Positions 20,101-29,207 of a DNA stretch of 64,000 nt are shown piece after piece. This DNA comes from a virus. Its lineage: Duplodnaviria; Caudoviricetes. Under the pieces are notes generated by a model. That model worked only from the letters and a program-made list of their open reading frames with translations, was not told where the DNA came from and did not search any database. The translations under genes were made by a program, and so were the position numbers. The DNA is taken from IMG/VR virus record IMGVR_UViG_3300013121_000005, positions 299,485 through 363,484 of that record; one strand, written 5' to 3'. The stretch's first letter is position 1. Each line of letters starts with the position of its first letter.

Positions 20101-20113
20101 AGGGACCTCGAAT

Positions 20114-20158
20114 TGAAAAAAGGTGTACTTCCTGGGAAAGGAGGTACACCTTTTTTCA
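20114..20158. terminator. bidirectional terminator
   Basis: TGAAAAAAGGTGTAC...GTACACCTTTTTTCA. Confidence 0.75.
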
Positions 20159-20170
20159 TGTGGGTGTCTT

Positions 20171-20242
20171 CAGTTTCGTATGTCCGGTTAGAGTTTCATA
20201 TCCCCTAGGGGTCATGAAACTCTAACCGGGTGTATGAAACTG
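20171..20242 (+). repeat. 29-bp inverted repeat / long hairpin
   Basis: Arms 20171-20199 and 20214-20242; 4 mismatches, all G-U on the plus strand. Confidence 0.8.
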
Positions 20243-20426
20243 GATCTTGGATCCAAGTCACCTACATTGGGTTTTCGGGGTCGAACTAATTGAAGGGGGT
20301 CCGGGAGGGGCGGTTGAATTAATCGAAGGGGTGTTGTCTTTTTTGGTTGAGAGAACTCGCACCCCTTCGTTGAAGTGGTGTAATCAGGAAGAAACCACGA
20401 AGAAGGTAGGCGATTGACGTAAGCAT

Positions 20427-20912
20427 TGGGACGCTAGCAGAATTCTGAGGGAGGGCCGAAGTGCCGTACGTGACCCTTAGAGCGGCGATAACCTTGAACG
20501 TACAACGGGCAAATTCTTAGAGGGGTGCCCTAAGCGTACGGTGATGTCGGGGACATGCCGCTCGCTCGTTAGGGGCCCCCTCACCACCCTAAAGAAAAGA
20601 GGTACGATGAGATAAGTTAGGACGCTAGAACTCGGGGTTCGCCATTGTAATTCAGAACCTACCGAGTGGAAAATTCTAGGGCAAAGGAGACTACCGACCC
20701 TAGAGCGGCGATAACAGCAGGTAGATGGGCGTAAATAGCCTGGGAGAAGGGGTCTTCTCCCAGGTGTATGTAGTCTGGGTGGAGGCTCGGTTGTTATAAG
20801 TTGGGACGCTAGGGAATGAGGGTGCTCGACGGGATGCATACCGGGTGGGACCTCAGACCGAAGAATTCTAGAGGGAGGGCCACTGACCTCTAGAGCGGCG
20901 ATAACAGCAGGG
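20427..20912. repeat. three degenerate ~200-bp units with conserved boxes GGACGCTAG, AATTCT, TAGAGCGGCGATAAC
   Basis: 15-mer at 20478, 20701, 20891; 9-mer at 20429, 20620, 20804. Confidence 0.8.
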
Positions 20913-21099
20913 GCAAAAGGTTTGCCTCGGGGAGGAGGGCTCCTCCCCGAGGAATTAGGGTTAGAGGATGGGTACATGGGTTGAAGCCCACTACCTGAAG
21001 CGCCCATCCTCTAACCCTAGTTTGTTTGGTGAGGACAGGGGACCAGCGTGACAAGAGACGGCACTTGACTGGTGTAGGTAGACGTAATACTATGTAGGT

Positions 21100-21324
21100 A
21101 TGAAAAACCTACCTACGCAGTTGAGCAACACCTTCCACAACCTTTGGACGCGGGACGTGGGGACGCCGGGCTACGAGAAGTGGAAGTGGCGTCTTATGGA
21201 TCGTTGGATTTCCGAGCTGGTTCGAGCGTGTCCGGAAGGCGCGGTTCCGGCTTTCTTTTCGGGTTACGAACGAACATCAGGAAGCCTGGATATGCCGCGA
21301 GGGGCTGACGAAGCTCCGGAGTGA
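21100..21324 (+). CDS. hypothetical protein
   Basis: ORF after GGTGTA motif. Confidence 0.6.
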   Translation: MKNLPTQLSNTFHNLWTRDVGTPGYEKWKWRLMDRWISELVRACPEGAVPAFFSGYERTSGSLDMPRGADEAPE

Positions 21325-21440
21325 CCGAGTGTCACCCCCTGCCCTCACCCTACAAGCAGGTAGCTTTGGGGTTGAGGGGTCCCATTTCTAGAGTGGGACC
21401 TCTTTGCTTTTAAGCTCCAGGCGAAAGGTTTAGTTGGCAA

Positions 21441-21671
21441 ATGCGAGGGAAAGAAGCTTACTGTCGGTTCTGGTCGGGCATCTTCTATGTTGCTACCTAC
21501 CCTGACCAACAACGCATCTGTTCGAGCAAGAGCTTTCGGCGGGCCACTCGGAAGGCCCGTAACCTTGGGTTCGACGTCCGGGTCTACAAGAGCGAGTATG
21601 GCAAGGCTCCGAGGGACGCGGTTCAAGTCATGGGGGGTTCCTACGTGCTTCCACGGAAGAAAGTTAGTTGA
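21441..21671 (+). CDS. small basic hypothetical protein
   Basis: Stop TGA embedded in the next promoter's -35 box. Confidence 0.5.
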   Translation: MRGKEAYCRFWSGIFYVATYPDQQRICSSKSFRRATRKARNLGFDVRVYKSEYGKAPRDAVQVMGGSYVLPRKKVS

Positions 21672-21700
21672 CAGAGTTTTCCCTTGTTCGTTGAGTGAAT

Positions 21701-21909
21701 ATGATGTGAAACTTCTGGGTGGGTTCGATTCCCACGAGGGGCCGCCTAAGCCCCTGCTCTAAGTGGTGAGACAGAAGGCCAGTAGCATCTGTGGTCCCTT
21801 TGCCTGGCAAACCATTGGGATTACCTCTGGAAAGGGCTGTTAGGCCAGACCGGCTTCTAGAGAAGAGAGAGCCCCCTTGGAACCTAAGGCCAAGGGGGCT
21901 CTTGATTTT
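21701..21909 (+). ncRNA. ncRNA with circularly permuted tRNA-like domain (YrlA/Y-RNA-like topology)
   Basis: Closing stem 21712-17/21772-77; T arm GTGGG-TTCGATT-CCCAC; looped acceptor-like stem AGGGGC/GCCCCT; D arm CTC-TAAGTGGT-GAG; promoter 21668-21694; terminator 21868-21909. Confidence 0.75.
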
Positions 21910-21956
21910 AACCTACAGGTTCATTGAAGGACCCTTGGGCCCTTCGTTGAAAGAGT

Positions 21957-22187
21957 ATGATGAAGAAGGGTGATTTGGTCAAGAGTGCCAAGAATCTGGT
22001 GAACCCCCGTACTTTGCGGGTCGTGGGGGAGCCTCGGTACATTCCCGGGGGGTACGTGGTGGGGGTCACGTGGGAGACCACGGCTGATATCGAGCCGGAG
22101 GGGTGCCTTCCGGATGGGACCTTTCATCCGGCTCATGTGCCAGGGTTCACCTGGTTCGTGCCCGTAGAGAGCTTGGTGTCGGCATGA
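21957..22187 (+). CDS. hypothetical protein (likely leaderless)
   Basis: ATG 6 nt after CGTTGA. Confidence 0.7.
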   Translation: MMKKGDLVKSAKNLVNPRTLRVVGEPRYIPGGYVVGVTWETTADIEPEGCLPDGTFHPAHVPGFTWFVPVESLVSA

Positions 22188-22627
22188 TCTCAACAACTTT
22201 CCAAGGGGACAACGGGGCCAAGGCGACTCTTACTTGGGGTGGTAGGCTCTACGTTCTGGACGTGGATGATGACCACGGGCTTAGTTACAACCTGGTTCTC
22301 AAGGAGAATGCTTTGGGGGCTCTTCGAGAGGCCCTGGAGCCTGGGAAGAAGGCCACGAAGGTTATCTCTGGAGAGTGGTTCATTGAGGTGAACCACTTCG
22401 AGGATCGGACAACTCTCCTGGTGTGGAGGAAGGAAAGCGATCCCGTAGTCATTCCTCTCCTGGCTGAGGATAGCAGGAAGCTCCGAGAGGCTTTTGACGT
22501 CCACTATGCTTCCTTTGGGGCGGATGGGCCGTTCCGGCGATGTGGAGCCTCTGAAGGGATCGCGGTACCCTACGTCCCTGAGGTGACCTGCCCGGAGTGT
22601 AAGAAGACTTGGAGCGAAAACACCTAA
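22184..22627 (+). CDS. hypothetical protein
   Basis: ATGA overlap; internal repeat resembling 24219..24551. Confidence 0.65.
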   Translation: MISTTFQGDNGAKATLTWGGRLYVLDVDDDHGLSYNLVLKENALGALREALEPGKKATKVISGEWFIEVNHFEDRTTLLVWRKESDPVVIPLLAEDSRKLREAFDVHYASFGADGPFRRCGASEGIAVPYVPEVTCPECKKTWSENT

Positions 22628-22852
22628 AGCCCGTTCCCCAAGGGGGTTCAGGCTATGTTGGTTAGATTGTCTTGTCTTTTCAGGAGTTGCTAGTCATCGT
22701 GACCGAGTGGAATCTCAAGGCCGTATTTACCAACATGTGGAAGGGCGGCTCTCCCAGAATCCGGGTACAGGAATCGGAGCGTGTCCTGAAGAGACAGCTT
22801 CAGGGTACTCTTTCGCGGAGCAATGTCAAGGCTCCCGGGGTAAGAGACTAAC

Positions 22853-23365
22853 GTGACCTCAATTCTCGCAAAAATCCAAAAACTCATAGCCCTCAGTGCT
22901 TCCCCTCATTTGGAAGAGGGTCGGACGGCTGCTTACATGGCCGTACAGATGATCCGAAACAACGGGGTTGTTCTAAGCCATGGGGGGTCTTCTTCTTACG
23001 ACTCTTCTTCCGGGTCTTCTTCCTACCACTCTTCTTACGACTCTGAGGAAGACGTCGAGGAGGAAGAGGAAGAGACCCCGAGGGGAAGAAGACCTCGTTT
23101 TGAGATCCAGAGGGTTGCCCAGGAGAAGGCAGAAAGGCTCCTTGAATTCCTGAAGACCAAGGCCGAACGCAAGGAATATCCCGTCTTTAGCCTCACTAAG
23201 CTGACGGAAGGTAGCGTGAAAAGTAAACTCATTTCAACAGAAGAGAAGGCTATTTTCCACTACTACCTTGGGCTTGAGCTAAAGAAGCTGGTAGAGGCGG
23301 GGAAGTTGGTTAGTTCGCGGGGTCGTGGTGGTGGGTTCCGTTGGGTCGTGGAGGAAGAGGAATGA
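22853..23365 (+). CDS. DUF2786-like N-terminus plus winged-helix-like C-terminus
   Basis: ILAKIQKLIALSAS..EE..TAA; C-terminal LVEAGKLVSSRGRGGGF. Confidence 0.65.
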   Translation: MTSILAKIQKLIALSASPHLEEGRTAAYMAVQMIRNNGVVLSHGGSSSYDSSSGSSSYHSSYDSEEDVEEEEEETPRGRRPRFEIQRVAQEKAERLLEFLKTKAERKEYPVFSLTKLTEGSVKSKLISTEEKAIFHYYLGLELKKLVEAGKLVSSRGRGGGFRWVVEEEE

Positions 23366-23667
23366 CGCCTGAGGAGACGTTTGACCGGGTGTGGGACATT
23401 TTGGTGGCGCAGGCTGGGGCTGACCTAGAGTCTCGTGAGGATTTCATTCGGGCGCATGCCAAGAAGGCTCCTCAAGGTAACCTGACGGAGTGGAGGTTCT
23501 GCGGGCACCTTGGTCTGGGGGGCAAGTTTCGATGTGATCGGAGTGCCCGTCGTTATCTCGTCACCTGTTACCCAGAGGATGAGACCGCTGATCGGAAACG
23601 AGTGATGGAGGAGACCAACCTGAAGCTCGCCGAAGTGCCTTGGTGTGAAGTTGGAGGAGTACAATGA
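23362..23667 (+). CDS. hypothetical protein
   Basis: ATGA overlap; EWRFCGHLGLGGKF motif. Confidence 0.65.
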   Translation: MTPEETFDRVWDILVAQAGADLESREDFIRAHAKKAPQGNLTEWRFCGHLGLGGKFRCDRSARRYLVTCYPEDETADRKRVMEETNLKLAEVPWCEVGGVQ

Positions 23668-23894
23668 GCTTAGAGGCTATGGAGCGCCAACAGAAGGAGC
23701 TGTTCGGGCTTGTCATCACCAAGGCGCTTGAGCTTTGCCGTAAGCTTGAAGGGGAAGAGGCGGTTTCGGCTTTCCGGGAGCTGGAAACCGCTGTTCAAGC
23801 AGCAAGTATTCAGACGGACATGGTTCGAGGGGCCAAGTTGGCTCTCGAAGAGGTTGGTTCCCGAAGAGGAGGGGCCAAGAAGAAAATTCGTTGA
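23664..23894 (+). CDS. hypothetical protein
   Basis: GGAG RBS, ATGA overlap. Confidence 0.6.
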   Translation: MSLEAMERQQKELFGLVITKALELCRKLEGEEAVSAFRELETAVQAASIQTDMVRGAKLALEEVGSRRGGAKKKIR

Positions 23895-23929
23895 GCACGG
23901 TTGAGAGACCCAAGGCTGATTCGTTGAAG

Positions 23930-24182
23930 TGGTGTAACTAAGACAACCCCCCAAAAGTGGGGACCTAACATTGCGCGAAACCCCTCTATTGAATATTAGA
24001 GGCAGCCAAAAACCTCCAGCCTAATGGAAAGAGGGTAGTATGGATTAGATGACGCGGGTGGCCCCCGCTTGTGCAGGGAGGTTACGCTTCCCCTCCCCTC
24101 CGCGTAAATAGTAGTGAGATTAATGTTTTGGGCCCTTGTTTCCCCTTGCTTTTAAGAAAGGGGAAACAAGGGCTTCTTTTTT
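23930..24182 (+). ncRNA. candidate structured ncRNA between promoter and terminator
   Basis: Class-A promoter 23901-23927; hairpins CCTCTA/TAGAGG and ACGCGG/CCGCGT; 16-bp terminator 24132-24182; no ORF. Confidence 0.5.
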
Positions 24183-24218
24183 AGCTTGAAGAACCTCGGG
24201 TCTGTTCGTTGAAAGAAC

Positions 24219-24551
24219 ATGATGACGATCACAGAGGTCTTGGGGGACAATGGTTCCAAGGTTGCCCTCCTCTCTATGGCGGCGGGCGTTACCCTTGTGG
24301 TGGCTGATGACGACATCAGCTTCGTGCTTCCCCTCTCTAGGGAGGAAACGAATCAGCTCCGAAGCGCTGTGGGGAACCAGAGTGTTTCGGAGGTTAACCT
24401 GACGGGGCACGATGACCACCCCGTGTTCATCGTGGTTCACCCCTTCGAGGATGGGCGGCTGGTTTTCCTGGTGCGCGATGATGACAGCGATGCAGTCATC
24501 GTGCCCATGTCCGTTGAGGACAGTGCGACGTTCCGTAAGGCGTTGGCCTGA
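24219..24551 (+). CDS. acidic hypothetical protein (likely leaderless)
   Basis: ATG 6 nt after CGTTGA; two internal repeats. Confidence 0.7.
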   Translation: MMTITEVLGDNGSKVALLSMAAGVTLVVADDDISFVLPLSREETNQLRSAVGNQSVSEVNLTGHDDHPVFIVVHPFEDGRLVFLVRDDDSDAVIVPMSVEDSATFRKALA

Positions 24552-24567
24552 AAGGTAGGGGGAAATA

Positions 24568-25556
24568 ATGAGAATGACAATTCGTAAGGGTATCGTGCAG
24601 TACTGGTCCGTGTACAACCAGGTCTGGGAAACGTGCCCTGCGCACAGTGTTCCGGACCGTGAACTGGCTGCGATGCCCGACCGGGACCGAGCCCGAGTGT
24701 TGCGAGCGAGCTTGAAGTACGGATGCGGGTGTGAGGACCCTGCCGCCTAAGAATTAATCATTCTTGGGGTTGAATCTTCCGCTTTTGGACGTTTAGCTAC
24801 TATGAATACCCCCAGCCACATGGACCTTGTTCAAAGCTACATGCTTCAGAATTTCAAGGGGCAGCCCTGTGTGGTCTTTTTCGATCCCCTCGGGGATGGG
24901 AGCCGAGTTGAGGAGATCGGGAAGCTTCTGAAGCTTCCCAAGTCGAAGTGGAACACCCTAGTGAACGCGGACATCTACATCCATCCGTGGAAGAACATGA
25001 TAGTGAACGCGGACGATAAGGGTAGTCCTCTCTCCAACTTCGTGAACCGTTTGGGTCAGGAGACCTATGGGTTCGTGATGGCTTGGAGTGGGTGGTCCTT
25101 CGTCACTGAGAACTCGTAGGAAGGTCATGAACGTCAAGCGCATCGAAGTTCTTACGAATAGGGCCGGAACCGACCTGCTGTACCTTGAGCTGGAGGCAGA
25201 CACTCCCTTTCCAGGTACGACGTACACCCCTTACGCAAGGGTTGAGACCAATGCGGGGTACGGTCATACTTGGGCCCAGAAGAGCTTTCCCGGGGTCGAG
25301 GTTGTGGTCATCGACACGAAGACCGGGGCTCGTACGGTCATCAAAGGAGTCCAAAATGAGTCGTAGTACAGACCCCCGTGAGGCGGCGGAGTCGGCCCTT
25401 GCTCAATGGAGGGAGTCAAAGAAGAACAAGGATACGGCCCGGGCCCGTATGTTCCGACGGACCCTTCAAGCGTGGATCCAAAATGGGGGGGCTCGTCCCG
25501 AAGGATTGACCCCTCGTGAGCTGTCCGCCCTGGGCTTCGTCAAGGACTCCCAGTAA
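24568..25556 (+). CDS. run of four small hypothetical genes (24568-24750, 24802-25119, 25127-25366, 25356-25556)
   Basis: Contiguous ORFs with RBS or class-A promoter. Confidence 0.6.
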
Positions 25557-25562
25557 AACTCA

Positions 25563-25667
25563 ATCCGAGGGCCCCAGGGGTTTTAGGTGTCCCCCTGGGG
25601 CCCTCATTCTAATCTCATCCGAGGGCCCCAAGGGGTTTTGACATTGCTCCCTTGGGGCCCTCATTCT
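25563..25667. repeat. tandem pair of hairpin repeats
   Basis: ATCCGAGGGCCCCA(A)GGGG...CCC(T)TGGGGCCCTCATTCT at 25563-25610 and 25617-25667. Confidence 0.8.
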
Positions 25668-25692
25668 CTTCCTCAACCAAAAGAATCAAACC

Positions 25693-26911
25693 ATGGAAGT
25701 CGTAAACCCTGGAGACAAGAGCTGGGCCCGACATCGCTACCTCCTGACCTTTGGGGTGATAGGCCCAAAGGTCCTTCTGGTCTGGGCAAACTCGTTGGAG
25801 GATGCTCTTGACGAAGCCGTGGATTGGCTCGCAGAGCATGCTCCTGGGCTGCTTTGCGATGAAGAGGTCCGGGAGGCTTACCAGAATGCCCTTGCGCGGG
25901 GCCTCTCTGAGGAGGATGCCCAAACCGAGGCAACGATGGACACTACCCAAGCAGGAAACGAGGGTCACTACCTGCACTCCTGGGAGTGGACCCTGGTGGA
26001 AGACCCTTCCCGAAGTCAAATCAAGAACTGCGCCTGATTGAAGGGGTCCTACTCTAGTCGTTTAGTGAACATGGACTACGCGGCCAATCTTGCTCTGTTT
26101 TTGGTAGACCGGGTTGGAACTGTGTACGGGACCTGGGAAGGCAGGCTTTCCTCTCAAACTCAACGGGGCTTGTTTGGTCGCGTTCTTGGGCGAGGGCAAA
26201 TTCGAGTTTCAGGAGACACCGAAGTGGTGTCTCACACCCGAAAGGTGTGTTTTGGGACGGACTGGGTTGAGGATCTTTACCGGTTTTCGGATTTCAGAGG
26301 GTGACCATGCCAACAGTGACTATTTTTCCGATTTACATCTGTCGGATCAACACGGATGAGTACAACATGGCAGACCATAGCTTTTGGTCTACCGAAGAGG
26401 CAGCCAAAGCAGCTAGCAAGGGAGTTTCTTGGTACGGAGCAGACGGAACGGTGGTGAAGGGCCTCGCAGTTTGCGTGGACGGCAGTCACTACCTGATCTC
26501 CAAGAAGATCGACCTTGATGAGCGAGAAGCCATGCGTCTCCTACAACTCCAGGCCAGCGCCAGGGCCAAGTTGACCCCCGAGGAACGTGCGGCCGTTGGG
26601 CTGGACTAACACAGGAAGAAGTCATGTCCAAGCGTGTAGTAGTTCTGGCACTGAAGTGCTATTTCGATAAGGATAGCTGGCGGACGTACGGTCCTCGCCT
26701 AGTGGAGCGCCAATTTGAGTCCTTGAGCGAGGCAACTGCATTCGCTGAGGAGCAACGGGCACCTCAAATGGCCGTCATCCTGCGCCCCAGCTACAACGAG
26801 GTAGACGACAAGGGAGACTACTTCCGGGAATGGCGTAGTTTCGATGGGTCTCCCCTTAAGGAGACCCGTTGGCCAGTTGCGTCGTCAGAGATGCTTCCGA
26901 GAGACGGATGA
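25693..26911 (+). CDS. run of four small hypothetical genes (25693-26037, 26071-26304, 26301-26609, 26624-26911)
   Basis: Contiguous ORFs; 26071 start defined by the promoter motif. Confidence 0.6.
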
Positions 26912-27213
26912 TGGGCTTTGTGGAAGACATCCTATTCGCGGCCACCTACTACAGCACAAAGGTCAGGCTGCATGACCTGAGCCAACAAGGGGTTGTTTTT
27001 CGGCATGCTTTGGTTGGGTTGCCTGGCCTGAAGGAGTACATCCTGCCCTTCGACCAAGAACGAGTAGATGTCATGGAGCGGGTCATGCACCTGGATACCA
27101 TTCTTGGGTATGACCTCGATGGTGTTTGCGGGCAGGCAATTCAAAAAGCATACCAAGAGAGTTCCCTGAAACCTGGGCATGCTTTTCAGTCCTGGATAAG
27201 ATTTTTCAGTTGA
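26908..27213 (+). CDS. hypothetical protein, EDILYA paralog family
   Basis: EDILFAATYYS...GQAIQKAY is similar to the 27865 and 28138 genes. Confidence 0.6.
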   Translation: MMGFVEDILFAATYYSTKVRLHDLSQQGVVFRHALVGLPGLKEYILPFDQERVDVMERVMHLDTILGYDLDGVCGQAIQKAYQESSLKPGHAFQSWIRFFS

Positions 27214-27246
27214 GGGAAGTGGGGGTCATTTCGTTGAAAGAATACA

Positions 27247-27498
27247 ATGAGCGACCTTCAGTTGCACTACGAGTCGATGACCTATGGCTACTGGGCGGAG
27301 GAGGATCCGGAGACTTGCCCTTGTCACGGTCACGGTTGGGCGCTTTCCGAGGTGGATACGTGGCACAAGTGCCCGGTCCATTTTGCGGGCCAGGCTCATC
27401 CGGAGGTTCTGGATGATGAGGAGGAGTCGGCTCAGGAGTTTTCGGTTCAGGCGGTTCAGGAGCCGGTACCCGTCGATAGCGACGACATCCCCTTTTGA
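27247..27498 (+). CDS. acidic Cys/His protein ending DDIPF
   Basis: CPCHG..WHKCPVH; C-terminus SDDIPF. Confidence 0.7.
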   Translation: MSDLQLHYESMTYGYWAEEDPETCPCHGHGWALSEVDTWHKCPVHFAGQAHPEVLDDEEESAQEFSVQAVQEPVPVDSDDIPF

Positions 27499-27864
27499 AA
27501 GAGACCATGGTCAAGAAGCTTCATTTGGTAGTAAGGCAAGTCCTCACCCTGGAGCGGGGAGTCCTCGTCTCTTTCGAGGAATTCAGCTTCTCCTGCGGGG
27601 CAAAGAATGGGGAGGGCACGGAGACCCTGAAAGAGGTCACCTGCCCCAAGTGCAAAGCCGGTCATGCCTAGTCCCAGCTACGAAAACGCAATTCGGGAGC
27701 TTGCTCTGCAAGTGTACCGAACCCGAAACCAAGATGCGAAGTCCCTTTCCGCCTTGATGTTCCCAACGTTTAAGGACGCCTGGGATTACCTGGAGCGTAA
27801 CGGATTCAGCAAGACTCTAGAGTACTTGCGGCATATCCATAACCGAGACTGAAAGGGAAACGTC

Positions 27865-28104
27865 ATGCTAGAGGATATCCTGTACGCCGTGGTGCGCTAC
27901 AGCGTAGAGCAAGTTCAATGCGATGCCATTTTGTACCAGAACAGCGAGACTCCCAAGGAGTACTTGGCTTTCCGGCGAATTTGCATGTTTGACCTGCTGA
28001 TGATCAAGGACCCCTACACTCCCATTGGGATGGCCATTCGGGATGCGTATCTCAGGGGGCCGTTTGCATGCCAGGTCCCGGAAAATAACCTCCACGTCAA
28101 CTAG
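27865..28104 (+). CDS. hypothetical protein, EDILYA paralog family
   Basis: Near-duplicate of 28138..28344. Confidence 0.7.
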   Translation: MLEDILYAVVRYSVEQVQCDAILYQNSETPKEYLAFRRICMFDLLMIKDPYTPIGMAIRDAYLRGPFACQVPENNLHVN

Positions 28105-28137
28105 TTGAGAAAACCCCTTGGTGTTCGTGAGGTAGGT

Positions 28138-28344
28138 ATGGACGGCATCTTGTACGCGGCAGTGAAGTACAGCGTAGAGCAGGCTCAGCGGGAGAGCACC
28201 CCTTACCATGGGGGTGGGCCTACCCCGGAAAACTCCAAGGAGTACGCAGCTTTCAGACGTCTTTGCACGTTTGACAAGCTGCTGATGCAGGATCCCTACA
28301 ACCCCATCGGAACGGCCATTCGGGATGCGTACCATGCGGGATGA
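28138..28344 (+). CDS. hypothetical protein, EDILYA paralog family
   Basis: ILYA.V.YSVEQ...AFRR.C.FD.L...DPY.PIG.AIRDAY shared. Confidence 0.7.
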   Translation: MDGILYAAVKYSVEQAQRESTPYHGGGPTPENSKEYAAFRRLCTFDKLLMQDPYNPIGTAIRDAYHAG

Positions 28345-28348
28345 GGAA

Positions 28349-28888
28349 ATGACTCTCCTAGAGGGAGTACTGGATGCGGCGGCGGCAGCGGAGCTGCGCG
28401 TTCGGTCCTATTCGGGCCGAGGCATGTATGGGGAGACGTGCCTCGGGATCGTGACGGATAATGTCGCGAAGACCCTGCTTACCCTGGCAAGCTGCCTTCC
28501 CGATGGGATGCTAGCCGACTTGGCCGAAGAGACCGTCTGCACGGATTCCATGGGGCGGAACGCCATTGTGTATTGGCCCAACCTACCCTACAAGGGTGAC
28601 GACGAGGGTTGAATGAATCAGGTAGACCCATTTTCACTGGATGCCCTTGAAGCAAGGGAGCTTCTCAGCAAGAACGGGATCCCGTTTTTGTCCGTAACTC
28701 CCTACGAGTGTTCGGACAACTGCGGCCCTGGGCCCAGGTTCATCGTACGTGGGCTTGCTTCGAGTACTGTCCGCAAAAATAGGCAAGGAAGAATCTACCC
28801 CCTCTGCTTCAACCTCTCAGAGTTGAAGGATTTCGTGAGGAAGCACTACAAGAAGTACTACCTCACGAAAAAGCACCCCTCTGGTTGA
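28349..28888 (+). CDS. two small hypothetical genes (28349-28612, 28613-28888)
   Basis: First has RSYSGRGMYGETC...DSMG motif. Confidence 0.6.
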
Positions 28889-28917
28889 AAGCTAACCCCT
28901 TTCTTCGTTGAGAGAGT

Positions 28918-29154
28918 ATGAAGACCTCTTGGGACGGGTTGGCGGTTCGGGTGATGCTGGGTTCGGGCTCGCTGAAGGCCAAGCAGGCTCAGCTTGCCCA
29001 GCTTGCCAAGCGGGCGAAGGACCAGCTTGAGAATCGAGTCGAGTGCCCCGAGTGTGGACACAAGGGTCCGCACGACGACAACGGGCAGACAGGGGTCCAC
29101 CTGTCCTACTGCTGCTGCAACTGCGGGGCGCACTTCGACAGCGAGGAAATGTAA
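28918..29154 (+). CDS. small Zn-ribbon protein (likely leaderless)
   Basis: CPECG...CCNCG; ATG 6 nt after CGTTGA. Confidence 0.7.
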   Translation: MKTSWDGLAVRVMLGSGSLKAKQAQLAQLAKRAKDQLENRVECPECGHKGPHDDNGQTGVHLSYCCCNCGAHFDSEEM

Positions 29155-29207
29155 CCCCAATGGGGGTTTTTTGGTTGAAAGCTAAGCGCTCTCTTCGTTG
29201 AGAGAGC

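Noticed and set aside
20477-21007. 176-aa minus-strand ORF
   Set aside because: Low-complexity Pro/Ser/Arg translation across a repeat region; probably non-coding.
21701-21860. Canonical tRNA or two-piece tmRNA
   Set aside because: Arms are in permuted order with no anticodon loop or CCA. The acceptor-like stem lacks the G3-U70 alanine identity, and the short frame does not end in an AA-type degradation tag.
20427-25667. CRISPR array (repeats at 20.4-20.9 kb and 25.56-25.67 kb)
   Set aside because: Only 2-3 copies, repeat and spacer lengths do not fit, and there are no cas genes.
27865-28344. Diversity-generating retroelement TR/VR pair
   Set aside because: Differences are not restricted to adenines, both copies are intact ORFs and no reverse transcriptase is in the window.
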